A stretch of DNA of 64,000 nucleotides from Planctomycetota bacterium (GTDB lineage: Bacteria; Planctomycetota; Phycisphaerae; WQYP01). The stretch covers positions 26,780 to 90,779 of the forward strand of contig JAKAEB010000005.1 of NCBI GenBank assembly GCA_021818445.1. The letters run 5' to 3'. Position 1 is the first letter of the stretch. Each line of letters opens with the position of its first letter. The translations under genes were made by a program, and so were the position numbers. The notes under the pieces are model-generated. The model did not search any database. It was not told where the DNA came from and worked only from the letters and a program-made list of their open reading frames with translations. Below, one piece after another: positions 45,220 through 56,303 of this stretch.

Positions 45220-48200
45220 TCAACCTGCCGCGGGCAAGGTAATGCGCAGGTTTTGGCGGCAGGCGGCAGCATAAATGGATAGATGAACCTGCGTTGGTGA
45301 ATGCCCCTGTTCGTCAAAGACAATGATGGAATTGCGGCCGGTGTGCAGCCACGCCGAAGGTATGTAAAGTCCCAATGGCATAATATTATCGGGATAACGG
45401 CCAAGGTTGTGGCCGTTAATCCATACATACCCCCCGCTCATGCCGGTCATGGCCAGGCGCAACACGCGATGGAGGCCTCCGGCCAGCGTACTGATCACGA
45501 AACTGCTCTTGTAAAAGGTGGGCACACCAGTGGCGACGCTGCCAGCTTTCCAGCCAGATTTGGCGTTGATTGGTCCGATGCCGCCGTGCATTTTCCACGG
45601 TGTGACATGGCCAGATTTGCCAAACGCGGGGGCGCGAAATTTTGTAAGCATGCGTAATTTGGCATCAAATTGAAAAGCCTTTTTTTGCACCGGTATAAGC
45701 AAATCGAGGCGGTTTTTTCGGTTGCCGTGATGCCACCCCTCACGCATAACCGTATGAAGTTGATTCTTGGGGCTTTTGCTTAGTGTCAATTGATGTCCGT
45801 CAACAAACAGCATGACGCCGTTGGGGAGTTGCGGTAAAAACAGACGCAGTGAGTCGGCGGCAATCCGCCCGGTCATAGCGCGAAACCACCAGTAACCTTT
45901 TTTGGCCACCGGCAGCGAGGTACCTCGCTGATAGATTTTCCACCCCTTATGCCCAGGCTCATTGCTGAGGACATTGGCCACGATGTTGGCCACGGGGGTG
46001 GCCACCTGCTTGACGCGCCACGCGGTGATCCATCTGGCATGCATTTCCTGACGTTTGAGATGGACGGCACCAAACATGCCCATTTTAAAAACCGGTGCCA
46101 GCGGACCGGCGTAACCCCACATCTTGCTGCGGCCCTGATTGACGGTAAACACCGCCATGGTTGTTTTGCCCTTTGTCAAATGGATAATGCGCAAACCACC
46201 ACCGCCAATGAACCGCATCTGGCCATTGATGAATACCTCGGCATAGCTGCGTATACCGGGCAATTCAAGGGTGTAGTTACCGGTGGCGGGTATCTTTATC
46301 TGTGCCCGATACCATTCGTAAGCGCCGGGGTAATCATCAGCGCCCATCTGCCTGGGATTGACGCACGAGAGCCACGCGGAATCATTAAAAGCCGGAGATG
46401 CGGGCTGATCATCCACACGCCACTGCCATTGTGCCAGAGCCGGGGCCGGCGGCGGTGTGATTTTGGGGAATGTCGCAACTTGGGTATAGGGCTTGCCCGC
46501 GGGGGGAAGTAATTCCACCTTTACCGAAGAACTTTTGGAAAGCATCGGACGTTGGATGCGCAGGCGCAGATGCCCGCTGGACAGCTTGGCGTGTCCGATG
46601 AACTCAGGCCCCATGACGATGAAGCGTTGGTCATGTTTTTTGATAATCCAGGTGCGCTGGGCCAACGTGTTTGACATAACGATGATGCGAAGCGTGTGCC
46701 GTCCATTATGCAGAGCGTAGATACTGGGTGCACCCGCAGAAAATTTAATTGATAATGAATATTTACCACGTGTCGCGGTTTTCCATCCCGATGAGGCAGT
46801 GACGGCCTTGCCCCCGACGGCATCAATCTGCACCAAACCGGTACTTTTCGGACGGCCATACATGATCAAGGTTTCAACCGTAGGGCTTTGCCGGAAGCAG
46901 CCAAATACACGACCGCAAAGCGCTGCAATGCGGAAATGCGCGTTGAGCTTGTAATTGAGGATAACGGGTACCGTGCGATTGGCCGGTATGGTGAGCGTAC
47001 CGCCGATTTTGGCTTTTGCGGTTTGCGTCTGTGGGGAGAAATTACGCAAAAATACAATGGTTCCGGCTGACGACCGCCGGGCCGCAATGGACACGTTGGT
47101 CGCAAAATTTTTATATTGGCCAGTTACATCGACACTGTCAGCAAGAATGGATTGGAAACTGCGACCAAAATAGTTGGCGAATTTGTAGTTGTAGTAGCTG
47201 GGGCGCAGATTACCCCCCTGCCCCACGGGTGAACCAAAATCATAACTGGCCTTGTTGGACTGGTTATTCCAGTGCGAGAAGTTGGTGCCGCCAATCGTCA
47301 TATAAACGTTATAACCGGCACCGCCATTGGCAATTACATCCCAAGGTGCCCGCATCATGACCAATCGCTGATGCGATCCAATCGGCCATTCACCATATTG
47401 CGTGAACCAGCCGGACCACATTTCCGTGGTGAACCAAGGGGCCTGAGATCCGGCATGATTAAATGGACGCGTGCCGGCCGGGTCGGGACCATGGTGCTGA
47501 CCACTGAAGAACAGCGGCACGTTGACACCAAATTTCATACATTCATGATATAAATATTTATAATAATTGTTGGGGAGTACCGCGCCCCAACCCTGCGGGT
47601 CTTCATTTTCAAGTTGCATCATGATGACCGGCCCCCCGTGTGTCACCTGCAGGGGAATTAATTGGGGCAGCAATTTATGGTAGTACTGCCGCAATGCCGC
47701 GATATACGGCGCATCACCATGCCGAACCGAAAGACCGGGTATAAAGCGCAGCCAGACAGGATAACCGCCGGAATCCCATTCAGCACAATCCCACGGTCCA
47801 ACACGCAAGATGACATAAAAGCCCATTTTTTGCGCCAACTTTACAAATGCCGCAATATTGTGGCGGCCGTGGAAGTTGAATTGCCCTTCGTGCGGTTCCT
47901 GATAGTTCCAGAAAATGTAGGTGGAAAGGCAGTTATAGCCAGCTCGCTTCATTTTCTCCATGCGATCGGCCCACATCGCGCGCGGAACCCGCGGATAGTG
48001 AAGCGATCCCGATACGACAAACACCCGCTTGCCATTGATAACAAAACCTTTGCCATCAATGCGTATTTTTGACGCCACCGACTTGGGCGGCACAAACATG
48101 GTGGCACCGGCCGATGGCACAAAGGCGAAGCTGGCCAACCATGCGAATATCCCAACCACCAACCATTGACGCAGCGGCGCAAATGCCGGGGATTTTGGCG

Positions 48201-48294
48201 TTGTCAGAGTCCGAACAGGCGGTGTCGCATATGTTGCCGTTTTCAATTTAGAGAACCAAACCTTTCTGTTTATTCCTCGGCATCGTCTGGCCAT
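45220..48294 (-). CDS. Secreted GH35 beta-galactosidase (start uncertain)
   Basis: SGSLHYPR, YIFWNYQEP, LRVGPWDCAEW, QLENE, TEMWSGWF, GGTNF and WINGHNLGRY. Confidence 0.92.
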   Translation of the reverse strand: MARRCRGINRKVWFSKLKTATYATPPVRTLTTPKSPAFAPLRQWLVVGIFAWLASFAFVPSAGATMFVPPKSVASKIRIDGKGFVINGKRVFVVSGSLHYPRVPRAMWADRMEKMKRAGYNCLSTYIFWNYQEPHEGQFNFHGRHNIAAFVKLAQKMGFYVILRVGPWDCAEWDSGGYPVWLRFIPGLSVRHGDAPYIAALRQYYHKLLPQLIPLQVTHGGPVIMMQLENEDPQGWGAVLPNNYYKYLYHECMKFGVNVPLFFSGQHHGPDPAGTRPFNHAGSQAPWFTTEMWSGWFTQYGEWPIGSHQRLVMMRAPWDVIANGGAGYNVYMTIGGTNFSHWNNQSNKASYDFGSPVGQGGNLRPSYYNYKFANYFGRSFQSILADSVDVTGQYKNFATNVSIAARRSSAGTIVFLRNFSPQTQTAKAKIGGTLTIPANRTVPVILNYKLNAHFRIAALCGRVFGCFRQSPTVETLIMYGRPKSTGLVQIDAVGGKAVTASSGWKTATRGKYSLSIKFSAGAPSIYALHNGRHTLRIIVMSNTLAQRTWIIKKHDQRFIVMGPEFIGHAKLSSGHLRLRIQRPMLSKSSSVKVELLPPAGKPYTQVATFPKITPPPAPALAQWQWRVDDQPASPAFNDSAWLSCVNPRQMGADDYPGAYEWYRAQIKIPATGNYTLELPGIRSYAEVFINGQMRFIGGGGLRIIHLTKGKTTMAVFTVNQGRSKMWGYAGPLAPVFKMGMFGAVHLKRQEMHARWITAWRVKQVATPVANIVANVLSNEPGHKGWKIYQRGTSLPVAKKGYWWFRAMTGRIAADSLRLFLPQLPNGVMLFVDGHQLTLSKSPKNQLHTVMREGWHHGNRKNRLDLLIPVQKKAFQFDAKLRMLTKFRAPAFGKSGHVTPWKMHGGIGPINAKSGWKAGSVATGVPTFYKSSFVISTLAGGLHRVLRLAMTGMSGGYVWINGHNLGRYPDNIMPLGLYIPSAWLHTGRNSIIVFDEQGHSPTQVHLSIYAAACRQNLRITLPAAG

Positions 48295-48518
48295 TATTCG
48301 TTGCCAAGAAGCAGCTTACCAAACGGAGTCTATAACAAAAACGCCGGGATGGCGATTGTATTTCTGCAACCCAGTCCATCTTATAACAGCCAAAACAGTC
48401 AATTGGCGCGGATGTTTCAAAAAATTTGGGGCAATGGGTATGAATTGGCGTTGGCTTGTGACTGCTGTATCGCTTTTGCAGCACAATTCGTTAGAATCGT
48501 GGTAAGGCAGGCACCGAA

Positions 48519-49211
48519 TTGAAGGATACGAGCACCATATCTGATTCAAACAATTTTTCCGCGGTGGCACTCCGTCTTTATTCTTATATCAGCCGTCGGC
48601 AAACCGACCACGCCACCCTTTTACTGCGTCGCCAAATGGCCAAGCTGACCACGGAGCAAGTACACCTGAATATCATACTTCCGGCGGTAGGGTTGGCTGG
48701 TACAAAAGCGGCATTACATGAGATTACGAATGACGACGCCCATGCCATTTTTGAGGATTTCAATAACCTGCTGGATATTTGCCGATCGAGCATGCAGCGT
48801 CAACCACCCCTCGGTTTGGACATGCACGCGGTCAGCCTGCCCGGCGAACTGCATGGGGCCGGCCTTCGGGTGATATGTGATTGGCTTTGGCGCGATGGCT
48901 GGGAAACGCATCTTAATGTTTGCACCACCGGCGAGAGTGGGTTGGCTGAACAATTACTGAAAAAGCCGCCCCAGATGCTGGCCATTTCGTGTTCCACCCC
49001 CCGGCAGGCTACCACCGCCCGAAGGTTGATCCGCCTGCTGCGGCGCGGGGGTTTTGCGGGTTCAATCTGGATCGGCGGCATGGCCATCAACGCCTTTCCC
49101 GCGCTGTTTGAGCGAAGCGGGGCCGATCATACAGCGCCGGATATCGTGCGGTTTTCGCGTGAATTAGCCACTGAATTTGGCTATTCGACCGCCACGCCTC
49201 CTTACCTCTGA
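48519..49211 (+). CDS. Stand-alone cobalamin-binding domain protein
   Basis: PGELHGAG (ExHxxG), LAISCST and IWIGG; N-terminal helical cap. Confidence 0.8.
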   Translation: MKDTSTISDSNNFSAVALRLYSYISRRQTDHATLLLRRQMAKLTTEQVHLNIILPAVGLAGTKAALHEITNDDAHAIFEDFNNLLDICRSSMQRQPPLGLDMHAVSLPGELHGAGLRVICDWLWRDGWETHLNVCTTGESGLAEQLLKKPPQMLAISCSTPRQATTARRLIRLLRRGGFAGSIWIGGMAINAFPALFERSGADHTAPDIVRFSRELATEFGYSTATPPYL

Positions 49212-49705
49212 TCGCGCCATCGTTTTTGGGCTGAGATTCGAGCGATCAATTCCACTTCCACAGCGGCATTTAGCGGTAATGCATTAACTCCAACTGCCGC
49301 GCGGGCGTGCCTTCCCGCTTCGCCAAAGACACTGGCAAGAAAATCGCTGGCACCGTTGGCCACCTGCGGCTGGCCGTAAAAATCGTTCGCTGACTGCACA
49401 AATACCCCCACTCGGAGAATACCAACCAGGCGCCCCCACTGCCCATCCAGGCCAAGCGTCTTGAGTACGGCCAAGGCATTGATCGTTGCCAATTTTGCCG
49501 CCGCCTGTGCGTCGTCGAGTGAAATATCCGTGGGAACCTTGCCAGAATACCGTACCTTTCCTTCGATTGACGGCAATTGCCCACTGATGAATACCAGATC
49601 GCCCGACACGACGCACGGCAGGTAGCTGGCCACCGGCCGGGGCGGTTCCGGCAAGCTGATAGCCAGTTCCTTGAGCCTTTGTTCAATCTGGACATGGTCA
49701 GTCAA
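49202..49705 (-). CDS. RidA/YjgF family protein
   Basis: PVASY, FISGQLP, VANGASD and GRHARAAVGVNALP. Confidence 0.92.
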   Translation of the reverse strand: MTDHVQIEQRLKELAISLPEPPRPVASYLPCVVSGDLVFISGQLPSIEGKVRYSGKVPTDISLDDAQAAAKLATINALAVLKTLGLDGQWGRLVGILRVGVFVQSANDFYGQPQVANGASDFLASVFGEAGRHARAAVGVNALPLNAAVEVELIARISAQKRWRDQR

Positions 49706-49762
49706 GGCGACGCCTTTCAGCGAGTGAATGGGGGTGCCATACGGTTATCCAACCTGCTGCAA

Positions 49763-50437
49763 TCAATGGTGCAGATGCAGAGCCTTGGCGATAATTTGTG
49801 CCATAATCGCTTCGCCTTTGATGTTTGGATGCACGCCGTCAAAATCGTAAAACTTCATTTTGCCCGGCAATTTGCCGAACACATTTATGATCGATGTATG
49901 AGTTATGCGCGCTGCCTTTTTGATTGCAGGTATAACGCCGTGCACCATATTCTTCTCGGTGATGTGATATGAGGGCTTGAGAATTTTGGGTGGATAGCAA
50001 ATGTAAACTTTGGGATGCGTCGGCAAATTTTTGAACACATGAATCATCGCTACGGTGTTGGCTTCAAAGGCTTTGCCGTGCTTGTTCCAATTCCACGGCT
50101 TGGTATCGTTGGTACCAAGCATGATGATGACAATATTGGGTTTGAAATGGATGGCTTTTTTGTACTCGGGCTGCTTCCAGTAAGGCAAATCGCCTTTCTT
50201 GAGCATTGTAGCGCCCGAATGGCCGCAATTTAATGTTTTGTAATGTGGCCCGAGGAGTCGCCCCAGCACGGCAGGCCAGGCATTGTGCCAATGGTTCGGG
50301 ATAATTCCATAGGTAATGCTGTCGCCCACACAGGAAATGCGCACGGGCGCGGCCTTAGCGACGGTAACCGCCGCGAAAAGCGCCATCGCCACCAAAACCA
50401 CCACTGCTGCCTTGCTACGAATTACACGCAACACCAT
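49763..50437 (-). CDS. Secreted SGNH/GDSL acetylesterase
   Basis: GDSITYG, SGAT, MLGTND and DGVHPN; signal peptide. Confidence 0.92.
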   Translation of the reverse strand: MVLRVIRSKAAVVVLVAMALFAAVTVAKAAPVRISCVGDSITYGIIPNHWHNAWPAVLGRLLGPHYKTLNCGHSGATMLKKGDLPYWKQPEYKKAIHFKPNIVIIMLGTNDTKPWNWNKHGKAFEANTVAMIHVFKNLPTHPKVYICYPPKILKPSYHITEKNMVHGVIPAIKKAARITHTSIINVFGKLPGKMKFYDFDGVHPNIKGEAIMAQIIAKALHLHH

Positions 50438-50727
50438 AAAACCACTCCAACAAAAATGCGGCCCACAAAAATACTAATAGCGGAATGGTAACCTACCTAC
50501 CATAGAATTCGCAAGATGGATAGGAATAAATGCGCATATTGACGTTCCGCGATTCCAGATTTGCCATCTACGCCGCAAATCAACCGGGCAGGACGCGGTG
50601 CGTGCAGCCATCAGAGGTAACCCGTAAAGTGCAAGTGAGCGATCAACACCCCCTGCGCCGCCTTGACCGCGGCGAACAGCCCGAGTTAACATCGCGGTAC
50701 GTAATTTGTCACGCTTGGAGGTAGCCG

Positions 50728-51915
50728 ATGCCGAAACTCGATCTTACTTCGTCGAAAATAATTGGAATGAATCGCCGGCGCTTTGTGCAGCAGACCGCGG
50801 CGACGGCCATGCTTAGTGCGATGACGGCGGCGAGTGTCAGGGCGGCCGTGAATTGGGATACCCTTCCACAATCACCCGTCGTACATGCGGATGGCAAAAT
50901 TACCTTTCTCTTCCCCAAGGGTCGTTTTGGCAGTGTTGTGCTGAATTTTGGTGGATTAAAGCCCACCAGTTTAAAGCCGAATCGGGCTGGAACCTGGTCG
51001 GTAACGGTGGGACCATTCCCGCCACAGATTTACTCGTACAGCTTTTCGGTCAATGGAGTTGACGTGCTTGATCCACTTAATCCGTGGGTTAAGAAAAATT
51101 TATTCCATTCAGGTAATTTGGTTCTTGTGCCGGGCCATCCGCCGCAACCATGGGAGCAAACACGGGTGCCGCACGGGTCGGTCGCGCGGCACTATTATTT
51201 TTCAAAAGTGAGCGGTGTCCATCGATCGTATTACGTTTATACCCCACCGGGGTACGATGCGGACAGAACAACTAAATTTCCGACGTTGTATCTACTGCAT
51301 GGCTACAGCGATACCCCGAGCGCATGGGTAGATGTGGGTCGGGCCAACTTCATTCTGGATAATTTAATCCACAGCGGTAAGGCCAAGCCGATGATAATTG
51401 TCATGCCCAACGGCTATGGCGACCCGGCGATTGCGGATCGGAATAGTCCAGCCTTATCTTCCGCACATCTGTGGCAGCGTAATTTGAGGATGTTTCAGGA
51501 ATCTTTGCTCGGCGAGATCATACCCCGTATCGGATCTGAATACCGCGTCGTGCATGACCGCCAACAGCGGGCGATCGCCGGACTTTCCATGGGTGGCGGC
51601 GAGGCGCTGATAACCGGTCTGAATCATCTGAATCATTTCGCGTGGGTGGGAGGTTTCAGTTCATTTGTGGGTAACAAGGGGATGAATTTCCGGCCATTTT
51701 TTCCGCATCTTTCGGCCCATGACGACAAACGCATTAAATTGCTGTGGGTGTCATGCGGGCGGCAAGACCCGCTCGTGGGTAAATACAACCACGAATTGGA
51801 TACGTGGCTAAGTAAAATTGGCGTTACCTACCGTCAGGTATGGACGCCGGGCATGCACCAATGGCGGGTGTGGCGCGAGAATTTAGTCCATTTCGCGCCC
51901 CTGTTGTTTAGTTAA
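50728..51915 (+). CDS. Tat-exported CE1-type esterase with N-terminal CBM48-like domain
   Basis: NRRRFV Tat motif; VYTPPGY, LYLLHG, AGLSMGG and GMHQWRVWR. Confidence 0.9.
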   Translation: MPKLDLTSSKIIGMNRRRFVQQTAATAMLSAMTAASVRAAVNWDTLPQSPVVHADGKITFLFPKGRFGSVVLNFGGLKPTSLKPNRAGTWSVTVGPFPPQIYSYSFSVNGVDVLDPLNPWVKKNLFHSGNLVLVPGHPPQPWEQTRVPHGSVARHYYFSKVSGVHRSYYVYTPPGYDADRTTKFPTLYLLHGYSDTPSAWVDVGRANFILDNLIHSGKAKPMIIVMPNGYGDPAIADRNSPALSSAHLWQRNLRMFQESLLGEIIPRIGSEYRVVHDRQQRAIAGLSMGGGEALITGLNHLNHFAWVGGFSSFVGNKGMNFRPFFPHLSAHDDKRIKLLWVSCGRQDPLVGKYNHELDTWLSKIGVTYRQVWTPGMHQWRVWRENLVHFAPLLFS

Positions 51916-52024
51916 TAAATCAGCACAATACCGGGCCCATACGCTTCAGCGGTGAACACCAACGATCTCAGCATCGTTGCCGATTCGCAGGTTACGGATG
52001 TCGCCACTGAGAGCCAACTCCAGC

Positions 52025-53893
52025 CTATGCAACCGAAATCGCAAAGGCAACGGCGTAGCGATGATTTGGAATATCTCGCGGCGGAAATATCCGCAGGCCT
52101 GTCGCTGTTTGCTGCCACCGAATGGACTTGGTGTATCCATAAAGCTTTACCTGCTTCACTTTAAGCGGGTGTTTGGTGGCGTGGGCACCGGCAGCCAAAC
52201 CAAGCGACTTAATCTGCACGGGTTCATTCGGTACACCCAGTACCAACGCATTGATAACCGTACTGGCCTTGTTGCGTGTAAAGCGGATGTCTTTAACACC
52301 CAGCTTTGCGATACTATTACCCTGGAACGAACCCGCTTTCACGACTGTTGGCCCTTCGCCGTAGACCACCCATGGTCGGGTAGAATAAATGGCATCACCA
52401 TTGAGTTTGAACCACTGAGCCAATTCGGAAAGGATCAATTTTTCCTTCCGGTCGATGGTGCCATCGGGTTTACCGGGGATATTGAGGACAAAATTGCCAT
52501 TTTTGCTTACGGCGTCAATCATCCAATGAATGGCATCGCCGGGATGGAGATAGCCACCATATTCACCTGGCTGGTCGAACAGCGCCCGTTGATAATGCCA
52601 ATCGCCAATGCAGGTTTCCGACTGCCACGGGTATTTGAGTATCTGAGAGGCCAAGCCGCGTTCAATATCCGCCACGACAGTTTTAGCCCATTGCGGCGGA
52701 ACATTTTTAATATTGACCACGCCCTCCACCTTGCCGCCATTGTACTGCATACTTCGGTTGTAAAAGTATGCACCGATGCTCATGCCGGCCCACCCCAATG
52801 GAAAGAGTGGATTATCAAAGTACAAAATATCCGGGTTGTGAAGATCAATTAAATTACGGGTACGGTCGTAAAAATTCTTGGCGTAGGAGATGTCCGGCAG
52901 CGCATGGTGGGGATGCTTGACGTTATAGAGTTGCTGCGGATTATACCCCTCCCACCAGGCATATTTGCCGTCGGCCTGGGTCATTCGGCCGTCATATGGC
53001 AGGCCGGCGTAAGGCCCTTTTTTGTCCGCCCCATGCGAGGTTTGAAACCACCACCAATTCCGGGCTTGATGCACCGTCACACCGAACCGCAATCCCATGC
53101 TTCGGGCGTGCTTCGCCCATGTGCCTATCACATCCCGATGCGGCCCGATATTTTGGGCATTCCACTGATGGTGCCTGGAATTCCATGTATCAAAACCGTC
53201 GTGGTGATTGGCCAGGGCTAAAAAGTATTTGGCACCGGCGGCCTTATATTCAGCCATGCGATGCTCCGGCTCCCAATTCAGCAAGGTCCACTGGGCGCAG
53301 AGGTCTTTGTAGCCGAAGTGGCATTGGGGGCCATAATGCTGCAATTCAAATTTGTACTGGCCCTGTCCTTCGATGTACATGTTGCGGGCGTACCAATCAC
53401 CATCCTCCGGCACACACTGCGGCGACCAATGGTTCCATATCCCGAACTTGGCGTCCCGATACCATTCCGGGCAGTCGTACTGCTGAAGTGAATCCCAGGT
53501 AGGTTCAAACGGCCCCTCGCCTTGGAGATGCGGAAACGGCGATACCATCGGTACGCCATCGTGCGATCCGCCGGGTATGGGCAGCTCAGGTGGGTTACCC
53601 CAACCGGTCGGCCACCAATGGTCCGGGTTGAGTTTTTCTTCGGTTATCTTTTTACCCGTAAGGGCATAAAACACGCGATCGTTTTGCGGCGTTGCGCAGA
53701 GACCTTCAAAAGTTCGGGAGGTATCCAAAAACCCGGAGGGAACGACCTTTTCTATCGCAGAGAGCATTTTACGGCGCTTGGCCTCATAAACGTCGGCCTT
53801 GCCCGCTTTGGCGATTGATGGCCGGGAATTGGCCCCTATCGCACCTGCCGCCGCAACGGCTACTGACGATTTAATAAATTTTCGCCGATCCAT
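52025..53893 (-). CDS. Tat-exported GH29 alpha-L-fucosidase
   Basis: DRRKFI Tat motif; WYRDAKFGIWNHW, NHHDGF, ILYFD, SKNGNFVLNI and AIYSTRPW. Confidence 0.92.
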   Translation of the reverse strand: MDRRKFIKSSVAVAAAGAIGANSRPSIAKAGKADVYEAKRRKMLSAIEKVVPSGFLDTSRTFEGLCATPQNDRVFYALTGKKITEEKLNPDHWWPTGWGNPPELPIPGGSHDGVPMVSPFPHLQGEGPFEPTWDSLQQYDCPEWYRDAKFGIWNHWSPQCVPEDGDWYARNMYIEGQGQYKFELQHYGPQCHFGYKDLCAQWTLLNWEPEHRMAEYKAAGAKYFLALANHHDGFDTWNSRHHQWNAQNIGPHRDVIGTWAKHARSMGLRFGVTVHQARNWWWFQTSHGADKKGPYAGLPYDGRMTQADGKYAWWEGYNPQQLYNVKHPHHALPDISYAKNFYDRTRNLIDLHNPDILYFDNPLFPLGWAGMSIGAYFYNRSMQYNGGKVEGVVNIKNVPPQWAKTVVADIERGLASQILKYPWQSETCIGDWHYQRALFDQPGEYGGYLHPGDAIHWMIDAVSKNGNFVLNIPGKPDGTIDRKEKLILSELAQWFKLNGDAIYSTRPWVVYGEGPTVVKAGSFQGNSIAKLGVKDIRFTRNKASTVINALVLGVPNEPVQIKSLGLAAGAHATKHPLKVKQVKLYGYTKSIRWQQTATGLRIFPPRDIPNHRYAVAFAISVA

Positions 53894-54213
53894 TCCGCAC
53901 TCCTTAATAGATTTTCTGTCGCGCACCCTGCACGGGATACTATTGGGTTGGTCATTTTGTGTCAATGTGCCGCAACCGCCGGAGGCAGTTTTTTTTTCGG
54001 CACACCCAGGAGCCTGTCCGCACCCGTTCAGGCCCTTGGCGGAGGTGCCGGTAAAAGCTTCCAATCGTCGGCTTTTCGGCGGCGCAAACCCTGCCCAGGA
54101 AAAATAACCACGGCCATCGAAGCCCGGTGGGCGTTACAAGTTGACAGGTACCACAATGAAAGTTAGCTTTTCAACGGTTTCTTGCACTCTTGGCGTCCCT
54201 TGGAGAACATACG

Positions 54214-56025
54214 ATGGCGGACCGGCGGCAATTCATCAAAGCTATTTCAGCGGCTGCGTTGGCGTCATCGGTGGCTGCACGGAGTGCGGCTGTGGCAAAG
54301 CCAAGGACGGGGAGAGTTGTATCAGCAGCGCAAGCAAACCAATCCCCATTTGGTGAAAACGTCTATGTTTTTGATCCGCAGATGCCGTCTGAGGGCATCA
54401 ATCACATCACGCGGGATGTTTTCAGAAAAATGGAATCAAACCAATTTGCAGCGAAGGGGTATGCGTTTCTTTTCAAGCCGGGCCGATATAGGGTGAATTT
54501 TAACGTGGGCTTTTATACCGAAGTGGCGGGCCTGGGGAAAAATCCCGACGACGTGCTTATTGACGGCGGCGTCAATATAAATGCCCAATGGAGCGGTGGC
54601 GCGGCCCTCGACAACTTCTGGCGGTCGGTAAGTAATTTTTCCGTGCTGCCATCGGCAACGGGCGGGGCTACCCGTATAGCGGTATCGCAGGCGGCACCGA
54701 TACGCCGTTTACATGTGAAGGGAGACCTTAACTTATACGACGTTTGGACGTCATGTAAATGCGGGGCGGGGTATGCCAGCGGAGGGTTCCTGGCTGATTC
54801 GATTATAGATGGCAAAGTGGTACCGGCATCGCAGCAGCAATGGTTATCACGTAACAGCAAATGGTCGGCCTGGAGCAACGCGGTGTGGAATATGGTTTTT
54901 GTGGGGTGCGGCAACGCCCCCGGCAATACGTTTCCCAATCCGGCCTACACTGTTATAAGTCAAACACCCGTGATCCGTGAAAAACCATACTTATTCATTG
55001 ATTCACGGGGGGATTTTTCGGTGTTTGTTCCTGCCCTGGAGCGCAATACTGCCGGCGTATCATGGGCCGCAGGATCCACGCCGGGGCAGGCCGTGCCCCT
55101 GAACAAGTTTCACATAGCCCATGCGGGAAAAGACTCCGCATCCGACTTGAATGAGGCGCTATCCAATGGCAAGCACATCATTTTCACGCCCGGCACCTAC
55201 CGACTGCATGAAACGCTGCGGGTAAGCCGGCCAGATACGATTCTCCTCGGGTTGGGGGTACCTTCTCTCAAGGCCATGACGGGCGAGCCGGCCATCTCGG
55301 TGGCGGATGTAGATGGCGTGACCATCGCCGGGCTGATTATTGACGCCGGTGCCGCCAACGCCCGCTGCCTGCTTGAAATTGGGCCGGATGGCAGCTCATC
55401 CGATCACGCCGCCAATCCGACATTTCTCTACGACTTAACAGTGCGAACCGCAGGACCGGCCGTCGGCCGGAATGACACCGGCATTACCATCAACAGCCAC
55501 CACGTCGTTACCGACAACATCTGGATTTGGCGGGCGGACCATGGCAAGGGTGTCGGGTGGAGAACCAATCCCACTAAGCATGGATTGGTCGTCAACGGCG
55601 ACGATGTGGTTTGCTACGGGTTGTTTAACGAGCATCATGAACAATATCAGACACTTTGGAACGGCAACGGCGGACGGGTGTATATGTACCAGTCGGAGAT
55701 GCCGTATGACCCGCCGGATCAGGCAGCATGGATGGACGGCCCAACCGATGGTTATGCCTCTTACAAAATCGCGGATTCTGTAAAACGCCACGATGCCTGG
55801 GGATTAGGAATTTATTGTTATTTCCGGGACGCGGTCATCAAATGCGAAAGCGCCATACAGGCACCGGCAAACTCCGGTGTTAACATTCATCATATGACAA
55901 CGGTTTGGCTCAATGGTAAAGTCGGCAGCGAGATCGCCCATATCATCAATCACCGTGGTGGCCGGGTGTACGGGCATACGCCAGCGTCGGCCATGCGGCA
56001 AACGCTGAAGGAATACATCGGCTGA
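54214..56025 (+). CDS. Tat-exported bacterial GH55-type exo-beta-1,3-glucanase
   Basis: DRRQFI Tat motif; LFKPG, NFWRS, AVSQAAP, SQQQW, WIWRADHG, GLFNEH and YQSEMPYD. Confidence 0.85.
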   Translation: MADRRQFIKAISAAALASSVAARSAAVAKPRTGRVVSAAQANQSPFGENVYVFDPQMPSEGINHITRDVFRKMESNQFAAKGYAFLFKPGRYRVNFNVGFYTEVAGLGKNPDDVLIDGGVNINAQWSGGAALDNFWRSVSNFSVLPSATGGATRIAVSQAAPIRRLHVKGDLNLYDVWTSCKCGAGYASGGFLADSIIDGKVVPASQQQWLSRNSKWSAWSNAVWNMVFVGCGNAPGNTFPNPAYTVISQTPVIREKPYLFIDSRGDFSVFVPALERNTAGVSWAAGSTPGQAVPLNKFHIAHAGKDSASDLNEALSNGKHIIFTPGTYRLHETLRVSRPDTILLGLGVPSLKAMTGEPAISVADVDGVTIAGLIIDAGAANARCLLEIGPDGSSSDHAANPTFLYDLTVRTAGPAVGRNDTGITINSHHVVTDNIWIWRADHGKGVGWRTNPTKHGLVVNGDDVVCYGLFNEHHEQYQTLWNGNGGRVYMYQSEMPYDPPDQAAWMDGPTDGYASYKIADSVKRHDAWGLGIYCYFRDAVIKCESAIQAPANSGVNIHHMTTVWLNGKVGSEIAHIINHRGGRVYGHTPASAMRQTLKEYIG

Positions 56026-56303
56026 GGTGATCGGTGCTATCAAGCGTCGACGCGGAATTAGTGGCCGCCGGACGGCCTCTGCAATTCGGGCCACCGGGGC
56101 AGGACGGCAAGCTCAGTTTTTGGGTTTGCGGGGCTAAGCCACCGGACCGGCAGGGGAATTCATGAAATGACTGGCCGCACCGCGCTGCCGCGTGGATATA
56201 TGCAGCAGGCGCGGCCCAATTATTGGGGTCGGTGCCACGGTTGGACTTAATAAACAAATAATCGGGTGGTGTTCTGGTCTTGGCGTTTGCCGTGTTGAAA
56301 ACC

